Origin: Coprothermobacter sp.
GTDB lineage: Bacteria; Caldisericota; Caldisericia; Cryosericales; Cryosericaceae
DNA: 64,000 bases
Assembly (NCBI GenBank): GCA_013824685.1
Contig: PNOG01000008.1
Span: 41,455 to 105,454, forward strand
Reading direction: 5' to 3'
The translations under genes were made by a program, and so were the position numbers. The notes beneath the pieces were generated by a model. The model did no database searches. It was not told where the DNA came from and saw only the letters and a list, made by a program, of their open reading frames with translations. Positions 1 through 9,123 of this stretch are shown piece by piece (position 1 is the stretch's first letter; each line of letters starts with the position of its first letter).

Positions 1-1
1 C

Positions 2-730
2 TTCGGCGGCCTGCGCGCCGTTTCCGACTTCAACATCCAGTTGGAGCACGGCGAGATCGTCGGCCTCATCGGGCCGAACGGCGCAGGAAAAACCACCGTG
101 TTCAACGTGCTCACCGGCGTCTATACGCCGACGAGTGGCACAATTGTCTTCGACGGGCAAAACATTGTGGGCAAGAAAACCCACCAGATCGCCCAGGCAG
201 GGATCGCACGCACGTTCCAGACTATCCGGCTGTTCGGCAAATCCAGCGTTATCGACAACATCAAGATCGCCTATCACTTCCGCATGTCCTACGGCAATAC
301 TGATGCGTTCCTGCACACACGAAAGTACTGGCAGGGCGAGCAACTTGTCGACGACTATGCCATCGACCTCCTGCGCCTGTTCCACCTGGAGGGACATGCC
401 GACGACATCTCGGGTTCCCTTCCCTACGGGGCCCAGCGCCGCCTGGAAATCGCCCGCGCTCTTGCCACCAAACCCAAGCTCCTCATCCTGGACGAGCCGG
501 CTGCCGGCATGAACCCGGCAGAGGCAGACGAACTGTTGGAAATGATCCACTGGCTCCGCGACAAGTTCGACCTGACTATCCTGCTCATCGAGCACCAGAT
601 GAGGGTGGTCATGGGCGTGTGCGAACGTATCAAGGTCATGGACTTCGGCGAGACCATCTGCGAAGGCGTGCCCGAGCACATCCGCAACGACCCGCGGGTC
701 TGCGAAGCATACCTTGGAAAGGGGGCCTGA
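2..730 (+). CDS. livG: Branched-chain amino acid ABC transporter ATP-binding protein (LivG-like), 5' truncated by the window edge
   Basis: The frame is open from nt 2 (FGGLRAVSDFNIQLEHGEIV). Walker A GPNGAGKTT, ABC signature LPYGAQRRLEIA, Walker B LLILDEPAAG, and a LivG-type tail DPRVCEAYLG. Confidence 0.9.
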   Translation, partial: FGGLRAVSDFNIQLEHGEIVGLIGPNGAGKTTVFNVLTGVYTPTSGTIVFDGQNIVGKKTHQIAQAGIARTFQTIRLFGKSSVIDNIKIAYHFRMSYGNTDAFLHTRKYWQGEQLVDDYAIDLLRLFHLEGHADDISGSLPYGAQRRLEIARALATKPKLLILDEPAAGMNPAEADELLEMIHWLRDKFDLTILLIEHQMRVVMGVCERIKVMDFGETICEGVPEHIRNDPRVCEAYLGKGA

Positions 731-731
731 C

Positions 732-1439
732 ATGCTGCTCGAAGTCCGGAACATCGACGTTTTCTATGGTTCCATCCGTGCCCTGAAGGATGTATCGTTC
801 AACGTGGAGAAGGGTGAAATCGTCTCGATCATCGGTGCCAACGGCGCCGGCAAGTCGACGACCTTGCGCGCCATCTCCGGCATTCTGCGTGCAGCGTCCG
901 GCAGCATCATTTATGACGGACAGGATATCACCCACACGCCGCCGCATCTCATCGCGCGCATGGGTATCTCCCAGGTCCCCGAAGGCCGTGGCATCTTTGG
1001 CAACCTGACCGTGCAGGAAAACCTGGACGTGGCGCTGTCGTCGGTCAAAGACAAGAAGTCGGCCGGCCCCAACCAGGACAAGGTATTCTCGCTGTTCCCG
1101 CGTCTCAAGGAGCGCAGACGACAGATCTCCGGAACACTGTCAGGTGGCGAACAGCAGATGCTGGCAGTTGGTCGGGGTCTCATGCAGAACAACCCGTTCA
1201 TGCTCCTCGACGAACCCTCGATGGGCCTGTCGCCCGTGCTGGTCGAGGAGATTTTCGGCATCATCGTCGAGATCAACCGTCTGGGCAAGACGGTCCTGCT
1301 CGTCGAGCAGAACGCATTCAAGGCGCTGTCCATAGCCAACCGCGGATACGTGCTGGAAACCGGTTCCCTGGTACTGTCAGGGACAGCCGCGGAACTGCGT
1401 AACAACCCGGACGTGAAGAAAGCCTACCTGGGCGGCTAG
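732..1439 (+). CDS. livF: Branched-chain amino acid ABC transporter ATP-binding protein (LivF-like)
   Basis: Walker A GANGAGKST, signature LSGGEQQMLAVG, Walker B MLLDEPSMGL, tail KKAYLGG. ATG 732 lies directly after the livG stop. The track start at 714 is a non-ATG upstream extension. Confidence 0.9.
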   Translation: MLLEVRNIDVFYGSIRALKDVSFNVEKGEIVSIIGANGAGKSTTLRAISGILRAASGSIIYDGQDITHTPPHLIARMGISQVPEGRGIFGNLTVQENLDVALSSVKDKKSAGPNQDKVFSLFPRLKERRRQISGTLSGGEQQMLAVGRGLMQNNPFMLLDEPSMGLSPVLVEEIFGIIVEINRLGKTVLLVEQNAFKALSIANRGYVLETGSLVLSGTAAELRNNPDVKKAYLGG

Positions 1440-1464
1440 CCTCCCCGCCGTTCCTCCTTCTCAG

Positions 1465-1501
1465 CGTTCCGGGCAGTGGGGTATCTCTACTGCCCGGAAC
1501 G
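1465..1501. terminator. Hairpin terminator between convergent livF and fba
   Basis: Perfect 13-bp stem cgttccgggcagt / actgcccggaacg with an 11-nt loop, followed by tcgtttcgt. It sits between two convergent stop codons. Confidence 0.6.
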
Positions 1502-1530
1502 TCGTTTCGTGGGTCAGATCCCCAGGGGGC

Positions 1531-2556
1531 CTACTGCTGCTGGCGCTCGAGCTCGGGCGTGTACGAACCGGTCCGTGCAGCGCTGTTGCACTTGCCTCGA
1601 TGATAGAAGGCCGCCTGCGCCGCCGCCACATTTGCCTGCTCACCGTGCCAGATGGTGAGTGCGGGCTCCTGCAGTGCCCGTCCGTACGAGTAGCTGAGTT
1701 CCCACGGGTGCGGTCCCAGCTTGTTCATCGCATTGAGATGAGCGGTCGCCAGTTCGGACGACTGCCCGCCCGACAGGAAAACGATGCCCGGGACAGCTGC
1801 CGGGACAGTACGGCGTAGTGTGCGCACGGTCGCCTCGGCCACGTCCTGGACCCCCGCTTGATGTGAGCAGGACTTGCCGGAGACTGTCATGCTCGGCTTG
1901 AGCAACATGCCCTCGAGCAGGACCCCTTGCCGGGCAAGCTCCTTGAAGACAGACCTCAGGACGCCCGAGGTGACAAACTCGCACCGTTCCTGGTCATGAT
2001 CACCGTCCATGAGGACCTCGGGTTCGACGATCGGAACAAGTCCAGCTTCCTGTGCCAGGGCCGCATAGCGCGCAAGGTCCTGGGCGTTGGCACTGACACA
2101 TGCCTTGCTTGGGATACCCGTTCCAATCGTGATGACGGCACGCCACTTGGTGAACCGTGCGCCCATCGACCGGTACTCGGCCAGCCGTTCGCGGAGTCCA
2201 TCCAGTCCCTGTGTGACCTTCTCACCGGGGTGAAGCGCCAGCTCAACCGCTCCCGTGTCGACCTTGATGCCAGGGATAACAGCCTTCTCGGCCAGCAGCC
2301 TGGGAAATAGCGTTCCACCCAGAGACTCCTGGCGAATCGTTTCGTCATACAAGATGACGCCCGCAATGAATTCCTCGATACCGGGCGTCGTAAACAGCAT
2401 GTCTCGATAGGCGCGATGCGTCTCGGCCGTCGACGGAATGCCCAACTTCGCAAATCTCTTGCCGATCGTCCCAACACTCTCGTCAGCCGCCAGGATTCCC
2501 TTGTGCGGCGCCACCAGAGCTCTTGCCGTCTCCTTCAATTCACGTTCGTACAACAT
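1531..2556 (-). CDS. fba: Fructose-bisphosphate aldolase, class I
   Basis: MLYERELKETARALVAPHKGILAADESVGTIGKRF is the typical class I aldolase N-terminus. ATG 2556 is preceded by AAGGAGG. The track start at 2598 is an upstream extension. Confidence 0.9.
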   Translation of the reverse strand: MLYERELKETARALVAPHKGILAADESVGTIGKRFAKLGIPSTAETHRAYRDMLFTTPGIEEFIAGVILYDETIRQESLGGTLFPRLLAEKAVIPGIKVDTGAVELALHPGEKVTQGLDGLRERLAEYRSMGARFTKWRAVITIGTGIPSKACVSANAQDLARYAALAQEAGLVPIVEPEVLMDGDHDQERCEFVTSGVLRSVFKELARQGVLLEGMLLKPSMTVSGKSCSHQAGVQDVAEATVRTLRRTVPAAVPGIVFLSGGQSSELATAHLNAMNKLGPHPWELSYSYGRALQEPALTIWHGEQANVAAAQAAFYHRGKCNSAARTGSYTPELERQQQ

Positions 2557-2617
2557 ACCATCCTCCTTGTCCGCAGCTCGCCCCTGAAAACGCGGCACAT
2601 GCGCATCTACTACGTGG

Positions 2618-3517
2618 TCACTCGGCTGAGTCGTCCGTCTCGTCCATATCCTCGTCGGTTTCGTCGAGATCGGCAGCGCGACTGCGATAGTCCTCTGCCA
2701 GTTCCTTGTTTCCAGCTTCTTCGTACGACTCGCTCATTTCCCAGAACAACTGCTGTCGAAGCTCCAGGTCGGGCTCGTCGGCTTCGAGGTCCAGCGCCTG
2801 CTGGAACAGGACGACAGCCTGCTCATGGTTTCCGTCGAGTGCACTCGCGTCGCCGATCGTCTGGAGTGCACGCGCCTGAAAAAGCTTGTTGTGGAGGGCC
2901 TTGCCGAGAGCGCCGCCTTTCTCAGCGAGCTCACGTGCCTTGCCTGCGTCTCCTTGGGCGACGGCCACCTGGCTCATGATGAGAAGAGCGTCGGTTTCGA
3001 CCTCCCTGTTGCCCATGCCCTTTGACGTGTCGCAAGCGACTTGGAAATAGTACATTGCCTTGTCCCACTCCTCCATCTCCGTATACATGCCACCGAGGTC
3101 ACTCGCATAATGCAGCGTGAGCTCAGGATCGGCCGGCAGAGCCTTGGCCAGCGCTTCGGCCTTCAGCGAGACACTGATGCCTTTCTCCAACTCATCAAGC
3201 ATGCCGTACAGGGGGCCCATGTTGACATAGACGTGGGCCAGGCCGGCATTGTCATGCTTGGCCTCGTACAGCACCACCGCCCTGTCCAGCAGGGCCAGCG
3301 CGGGTTTGAACTCGTCCTGCTCGGCAAGAACTACCGCAGCGTCCTGCAATGCGGTCGCAGGCGGCGTGCCCGCCGGACACGCCTGCTCCACCTTCTGAAC
3401 GAAGTCCTTGGGGTCCTTCTTGAACGAACGCGTCAGCTCCGCGAGGCGTTCCCGCTGCCTGCGGTCCTTGCGATCCTCGGCGCTGCTGCTCATCGGTTCC
3501 CTGTTCTTGTCTGTCAT
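2618..3517 (-). CDS. Tetratricopeptide (TPR) repeat protein with an acidic C-terminal tail
   Basis: Repeated approximately 34-aa A/L/Y-rich helical units (for example AMYYFQVACD, AVVLFQQALDLE). AGGAGG lies upstream of ATG 3517. Confidence 0.7.
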   Translation of the reverse strand: MTDKNREPMSSSAEDRKDRRQRERLAELTRSFKKDPKDFVQKVEQACPAGTPPATALQDAAVVLAEQDEFKPALALLDRAVVLYEAKHDNAGLAHVYVNMGPLYGMLDELEKGISVSLKAEALAKALPADPELTLHYASDLGGMYTEMEEWDKAMYYFQVACDTSKGMGNREVETDALLIMSQVAVAQGDAGKARELAEKGGALGKALHNKLFQARALQTIGDASALDGNHEQAVVLFQQALDLEADEPDLELRQQLFWEMSESYEEAGNKELAEDYRSRAADLDETDEDMDETDDSAE

Positions 3518-3547
3518 GTCTGGTCCTCCTGTGCTGTTCTGCCGCGA

Positions 3548-3799
3548 CTATGCGCGCGGACTGGCCAGCTGATTCGCGGCAAACGCGATCGCGCGCCGCA
3601 TGTACGCCTCATCGAACCCACTTACAACGGCCGGTGTCTCAAACACCCACAGTGTCAACTCCGGCGTATAGATGCCACTCACGGACTTGATGTGGGTTGC
3701 CGTCTTGCCTATTCCCGCATAGCCCAGTCGGCGAGTGCACGCAAACATGCATATCTGACAGCCTGTACAGCGTTCCGCGTCGATGACGGATAGTCTCAT
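3548..3799 (-). CDS. Small protein with a single 4Fe-4S ferredoxin-type cysteine motif
   Basis: CTGCQICMFAC fits CxxCxxCxxxC. The start is chosen at MRLSVID, preceded by aaggagaag. No second cluster motif is present. Confidence 0.45.
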   Translation of the reverse strand: MRLSVIDAERCTGCQICMFACTRRLGYAGIGKTATHIKSVSGIYTPELTLWVFETPAVVSGFDEAYMRRAIAFAANQLASPRA

Positions 3800-4104
3800 T
3801 GCTTCTTCTCCTTGCACTGCTGCGTTGTTGGTAGTTACATCCACGTACTCATTAATAGTATACGTCTGCTGTAGCTATTGCATGCACACATATCGACGTA
3901 CCCGGCATGAACGTGAGTCGTTTCGCCAACTCAGGAATTGCCGAACTGATCGCTTCCACGCTGGAGACTGCTCTCAAAAAACCAACATGGCGATTGAGCG
4001 TCAAACAAAGAAAAGCAAACGTCTGTTTCTGGCAAGCCTGTTGCTCTGTGGTTCGCCTGGGGTCCGGTTTGAGTATACTTTCCTTACAGTACGGGGAGGC
4101 TAGA

Positions 4105-4758
4105 ATGGAACAGTTTCACGAGACGATGGCGGGAGCCACGGTCACGCGCATGCCGGTCGGCCCCCTGCTGACCAATTGCTACCTGGTACAGTCAGGGACG
4201 GAGCTCATGCTCGTGGACCCCGGCATGGTCTGGAACCGGGAACTTGAGGAGGTGGCCACCGTCGTCGAGAGCGCCAACGCTCACCTCCGGTGGATCGTGT
4301 GCACTCATGGGCACTTCGATCACGTCTCGGGCGTCGACACGGCGATGAAGCGTTTTCCCGACGCGACGCTACTCATGAACCCGCGAGAGGCTGAACTCGC
4401 CAGAGATCCGATGGCGAACTACGCCGCACAGATGGGGTCAACATTCGCCATGCAGGCTGCGTCATCTCCACTGATTGCAGGGCAGGAGCTACCCCTGGGG
4501 CTTATCACCTACCGCATTGCGACCATACAGGGGCATACGCCGGCCAGCAGCATCCTCATCGCGGGAGACCACGCGTTCGTCGGCGATACACTGTTTGCCG
4601 GCAGCGTTGGGCGCACGCCCAGCCAGGAAGAGTTCGAACAGCTGCTTGCCGGAATACGCGTGACCCTCATGACGCTCCCCCCGGCCACACGCATCTTCCC
4701 GGGACACGGCAATCCGACGACCGTAGGCGCCGAACTGGGCGAGAATCCCTGGGTGTAA
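4105..4758 (+). CDS. MBL-fold metallo-hydrolase (glyoxalase II-like)
   Basis: THGHFDHVSGVD (HxHxDH motif). ATG 4105 is preceded by ggggagg. The track start at 3907 is an upstream extension across an AT-richer promoter region. Confidence 0.85.
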   Translation: MEQFHETMAGATVTRMPVGPLLTNCYLVQSGTELMLVDPGMVWNRELEEVATVVESANAHLRWIVCTHGHFDHVSGVDTAMKRFPDATLLMNPREAELARDPMANYAAQMGSTFAMQAASSPLIAGQELPLGLITYRIATIQGHTPASSILIAGDHAFVGDTLFAGSVGRTPSQEEFEQLLAGIRVTLMTLPPATRIFPGHGNPTTVGAELGENPWV

Positions 4759-6033
4759 TCAGAACCCGGACCTGGCTCGCAGCTGCGAGCGCGTCTGATC
4801 TAGATCGCGGGAAATGCTCGCAAGCGCAATCAGGTAGAAAGGCGTCCAGCACGTCACGGCGCCCGCGACGACCACGAGGAATGCCGTGCCCAGGCTCGCC
4901 CGAGAGGCCACAAGCCCAGCCAGAAACGGCGCCAGGGCCGCTCCGGTCGTCTCGACCAGGCCCTGCATCGCAAGAGCGGTGCTCCGAACCTCCGGCAGGC
5001 TCACGTCACTGATCGTCGCCCCTATGTTCGGAGCTGCAAACGAAGTCAGGAAGGCTCCGGTCGCCGCCAGCAAGGCAAACAGGACCGGCTGCGTTGTCGC
5101 CGTGAGAAGGGCAGCGCACAGCAGAACAGACCCTGGGAGCGTTGCCATGCCTACAAGGAGACGGCCCTGGGGCATCCTCCGGAACATCTTGTCACCGAGC
5201 ACTCCTCCCAGTGGGAATCCCACACCGAGCCCCAGGACTGTAAGGGCCGCCACTGAGAGCGACGCTGTGCCGGTGTAGCCCCGTTCAGTCTCGAGATACC
5301 GAAAGAACCAGAATGTCACGACGTTGATGGGCACAATGGCGAAGAACCCCTGGGCATACAGTGCCACGAGGGTCCTCCGCCGCAGCAGGCTGCGCGCGAC
5401 CGCCCAGCTAAATCGTGCCGCCACGACCGGCGCCCCTGCAAGCTCCGGCTCTGTCGCTCCCCGTGCGACGTCCTTGACCACAAGCGCGACGAGCATGGCA
5501 ACGATCAGGCCCGCTCCTCCCGTCACGACGAAGATCCACCTCCAGCCGATGAGCGGAGCGAGGGTCGTCGCCAGGACTGCGCCAAGAACATACCCGCCCG
5601 GCATCGCCGTCTTGAGCAGAGCATACACCCTCCCCCGCATGCGTGGCTCGAACGTGTCGGCAAGCAAGCTGTAGACACCGGGCGTACTGGCGTCATCCAC
5701 ACCGGTGGCCGCCCGTGCCACAACGAACCAGCCGAAGGTGGGAGCGAGCGCCGCGAGCCAGGTTGTTGCACCCCAGATAGTCGCAGCAAGTGCAATGAGT
5801 CGCGCCCGCGAAAACCGGTCAAAGAGATATCCCCAGACCGGGAAAAGCAGACCGCCGACAATAAGTGCCCCGGAGACTACCGCACCCATCTGCCCCTCAT
5901 CGATGCTGAAGGAGGCCATGATGGAACTTGTCAGCGGGCCGACGAGCAGCCGGTCTGCCTGATGAAGCAGTGTGAAGAGGACCAGTACTGCCAGTACGGC
6001 CCATCTGTTGGAACGACGGTGCCTCATACTCAC
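4759..6033 (-). CDS. MFS transporter
   Basis: A 424-aa polytopic hydrophobic protein with roughly 12 predicted TM segments and an MFS-like loop motif (DRFSRARL). Confidence 0.8.
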   Translation of the reverse strand: MSMRHRRSNRWAVLAVLVLFTLLHQADRLLVGPLTSSIMASFSIDEGQMGAVVSGALIVGGLLFPVWGYLFDRFSRARLIALAATIWGATTWLAALAPTFGWFVVARAATGVDDASTPGVYSLLADTFEPRMRGRVYALLKTAMPGGYVLGAVLATTLAPLIGWRWIFVVTGGAGLIVAMLVALVVKDVARGATEPELAGAPVVAARFSWAVARSLLRRRTLVALYAQGFFAIVPINVVTFWFFRYLETERGYTGTASLSVAALTVLGLGVGFPLGGVLGDKMFRRMPQGRLLVGMATLPGSVLLCAALLTATTQPVLFALLAATGAFLTSFAAPNIGATISDVSLPEVRSTALAMQGLVETTGAALAPFLAGLVASRASLGTAFLVVVAGAVTCWTPFYLIALASISRDLDQTRSQLRARSGF

Positions 6034-6087
6034 CTCTCCGGATGTGTCCTCCTAACACTGTACATCAGCTGACGCAGTCTATCAAGC

Positions 6088-6119
6088 GCACAGGCCCCTC
6101 CTCACGAAGGAGCCTGTGC
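6088..6119 (-). terminator. Putative hairpin terminator downstream of the FN3 surface-protein gene
   Basis: gcacaggc...gcctgtgc 8-bp outer stem with an inner tcct/agga stem, 25 nt beyond the stop at 6144. The T-tract is weak. Confidence 0.4.
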
Positions 6120-6143
6120 CATGATTCACTGCGCGTACGGTTC

Positions 6144-8873
6144 TCAGGAAGCCGGATAGGTGATTGTCACCTCGCGCTTCACGGCATCCCACCCAACACT
6201 GGCGCCAAGCTGCTCAGCGATGAACCGGAACGGCAGCATTGTACGGCCAGGTGGCAGGATGACTGGCTTGACCTCGGGGTTCTGCGGGTCGATGAGCATG
6301 TAGGCACCGTCGACGCGCGCCGTGTTCCTGCCCACCCAAAGCTCGATGACCAGGCTGTCCCGGGTCAGGGTGACCTTGCGCTCCACTGGATCCCAGGCGA
6401 CGTCCGCCCCAAGCGCCTCTGCGACGTACCGGACAGGACCCAGTGTCCGGCTCTCCAGGATGACGGGCGCCACATCCATCATCATCGACACGCCGTTGAC
6501 CGTGTAGTTCTTCTTGTCGATGATCAGCTTCATGACGACGGACTGCACTTCGGCAGGTGTTGTGACTGTGAATTCGTTGGACCAGCCGGACTCACCGCCT
6601 GCGTTGTATGCTCGTATCCTGTAACCATAGGCAGTTGCTGGTAGGACGGTCTCGTCGGCCCACTTAATCGCGTCCGCTCCGACTGTCTTGACCTGTGCCC
6701 AGGCCCCAGTTCCGGTGCGGCGCTCAATCCGGAATCCGTCCTCGTTGGATGCGTTGTCGATCCAGTTCAAATCGACGGACCGGGGGTTGCCCGCTGAGGC
6801 CGTCAGAGATGTCGGCGCAAGCGGGGCGGTCACAGGTGCCGCAGGGGTCGTCACAGACGCCTCGTTTGACCATCCAGAGTCTCCCGCGGGGTTACGCGCC
6901 TTGACGGCGTACGTATACATGGATGACGGAGCCATACCGACATCCTGCCAGCTCGTCGTGCCGGCCGGCAGATCGGGTGACACCTGGCCAAAGACAATAG
7001 CGGTGCCATCTCTGCGATAGACACGGTATGAATCCTCGTTGCTGGCATTGTCCGCCCAGGTCAGGCCGACGGCAGTAGAGGATTGGGCCACAGCAATGAG
7101 ACTGGTCGGTGTTGCGGGTGGCGTCAGAGCCGCAGACGTCGTCACTGGTGACGATGCCGGTGAGAGTTCCGAGACGTCGTCGTCCCTCACAGCCTGCAGC
7201 TTGTAAGAATACGCTGTTCCAGGAAGACAGGTCGTATCTGCGAACGACGTGACGTTCGCCGCGACCGTACTAAGGTCGGCAAACGGGCCAGCCGAGACGC
7301 TTCTCAGTATGTGGACGCTCGTAGCATTGGCATCAGGTGCGCCCCACGAGAGGTTCACCGTGGCCGTACCCCCAACCGTCGCCAGGGGCGCAGAGGGTGC
7401 CGTCAGCACCCAGGTGTCCAGCGCAAGCGTCTGAGGACTGTATCCCCCTTCACCCCAAGCCCTAACCAAGATGTACCATTTGCCGTACTCGGCATCCACA
7501 ATTGCCTTCGACCGCTGTGTAGCAGGAAGCATGTCTGGCATGACTGGATCCGTTACGCGCGTCGGCTTTGACCACACATGGAACTGACTGCAGTTGCCGG
7601 AATGCGCCCAGGAAACGGTGATGGTTCGTCCCGAGCTGTGCGCAACCTGCTCTGTGGGTACTTCTGGGAACGTCGTGATGGAAAGCATGGGCGACATTGC
7701 CGACACATCCCTGTCGCTGCTCTCGGTCCCGGTCTTCCATGCCCGTACGTAGTAATAGTAGTTCTTGTTCGGGTCGAGTCCCGTGTCCACCCAGGAAGTG
7801 TCGGTGCGAGGACCCTCATGGACAACGGAGGGGCGCATCAGCGGGTTCACGGTCCTCAGGACCTCGTAGCCGGTCGCAAGCGGATCAAGTCCTGTCCACT
7901 TGACGCGGATGTCTCTCGTGCCCTCGACGTGCTGTACAGCAGCCCCAACTGGCACCGTCAGCACCCAGGAGGAGACGGCCGCCGACCACTCGCTTTCCGT
8001 CGTCGTGGTCCAGATGAAGGTGACGGTCTCCACTGCCCTCACGCGGTACGTGTTCTGCCCAGCGGACTGGTCCTCGATCGCCAAGGTCGTTACCGGGTAG
8101 GCCACCGTTCCAACGTCAAGCCAGATCGGAAAAATACCGCTCCGCTTCTGCACTTCGAAGCTTAGACTGTGGAAGAGTTCGGCCGTGTAGGTGTATTCCC
8201 AATCGACGACGACGCTCGACCCCAGCGAGTGGGCCTCGACGGCTCCCGGGACCGACAGCGCCGTGATCCTGGCATCGGCCCAGCAGGCCCAATCCTTGGT
8301 GGACGACCCGTTGGCGGAGACACGCAGGACGAACTTCCCCGTCTTGCCCTTAAGCGCGTCCAAGCTGTAGTACCGCGTCTGGATCTTTCCGTCGTAGGTG
8401 TCCAGCAATCCGACATTTGCGGTCGTGTTCCCGGCGGGGAAGTAGTACCAGGTCGACGTCCCGTTTTCCATGAAGCGGATGGAGTAGTGAACCCCGTTGG
8501 TGCCAGAAGCGCCCGTAAGGAATCCGACACTCAGCGTGAGTGTGGCTCCGTCGGGGACACGTATATCTCTGTATGTTCCTTCAATGGCTCCGTCGTTGAC
8601 CCATTGAGGGTGCGTTTCCAGCACTCTGTGGCGACTGACGCCATCCTCAAGAGTCGCCGGGCTCACGTACATCGCAAAGCCACGGATGTCGGTGTTTGGA
8701 CCACCAAATGAGATCGGCACCGCCGTAGTTTGCCATGTCGCAGTCGGCGCGTTTGCAATGAAATCATACACCAGTGTCGTCTGCGTCGTCGCCGCCTCGA
8801 TTGGAGATGCAGGCGCAAAAAACGGGACACACATGGCCAGGATGAGTAGTGCAACGAACAGTCTTCGACTCAT
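6144..8873 (-). CDS. Large secreted surface protein: signal peptide, N-terminal unknown region, multiple fibronectin type III repeats, and a C-terminal copper-amine-oxidase-N-terminal-like (Cu_amine_oxidN1) domain
   Basis: Start at MSRRLFVALLILAMCVPFFAPASPIEA (signal peptide), preceded by AGGAGG. Repeated W.DNASNEDxxR.xRR...Y.Y...A.N..G.S.WSN units are FN3-like. C-terminus: APVILESRTLGPVRYVAEALGADVAWD...RTMLPFRFIAEQLGASVGWD. Confidence 0.8.
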   Translation of the reverse strand: MSRRLFVALLILAMCVPFFAPASPIEAATTQTTLVYDFIANAPTATWQTTAVPISFGGPNTDIRGFAMYVSPATLEDGVSRHRVLETHPQWVNDGAIEGTYRDIRVPDGATLTLSVGFLTGASGTNGVHYSIRFMENGTSTWYYFPAGNTTANVGLLDTYDGKIQTRYYSLDALKGKTGKFVLRVSANGSSTKDWACWADARITALSVPGAVEAHSLGSSVVVDWEYTYTAELFHSLSFEVQKRSGIFPIWLDVGTVAYPVTTLAIEDQSAGQNTYRVRAVETVTFIWTTTTESEWSAAVSSWVLTVPVGAAVQHVEGTRDIRVKWTGLDPLATGYEVLRTVNPLMRPSVVHEGPRTDTSWVDTGLDPNKNYYYYVRAWKTGTESSDRDVSAMSPMLSITTFPEVPTEQVAHSSGRTITVSWAHSGNCSQFHVWSKPTRVTDPVMPDMLPATQRSKAIVDAEYGKWYILVRAWGEGGYSPQTLALDTWVLTAPSAPLATVGGTATVNLSWGAPDANATSVHILRSVSAGPFADLSTVAANVTSFADTTCLPGTAYSYKLQAVRDDDVSELSPASSPVTTSAALTPPATPTSLIAVAQSSTAVGLTWADNASNEDSYRVYRRDGTAIVFGQVSPDLPAGTTSWQDVGMAPSSMYTYAVKARNPAGDSGWSNEASVTTPAAPVTAPLAPTSLTASAGNPRSVDLNWIDNASNEDGFRIERRTGTGAWAQVKTVGADAIKWADETVLPATAYGYRIRAYNAGGESGWSNEFTVTTPAEVQSVVMKLIIDKKNYTVNGVSMMMDVAPVILESRTLGPVRYVAEALGADVAWDPVERKVTLTRDSLVIELWVGRNTARVDGAYMLIDPQNPEVKPVILPPGRTMLPFRFIAEQLGASVGWDAVKREVTITYPAS

Positions 8874-9123
8874 GGCTCCTCCTTGATACTCTTGCTGCCG
8901 ATTGAGACCCGACGAACTCGTTCCACGAAACCGCGCACTGTATCTATCCCTATGATACGCTGCGCTTGCCCGAGTCAAGGTCGTGCGAGCGCGCAACACC
9001 ATGTACAAACCGCTCACGCATTGCATGGTTTCGAGACCTGAAACCAGATGACTTCCAGAGTTGACCGGGGAGCCCAGTGTGATACCATGAACGTGCATCG
9101 CGACAACATCGCAGGAGGCTGAC

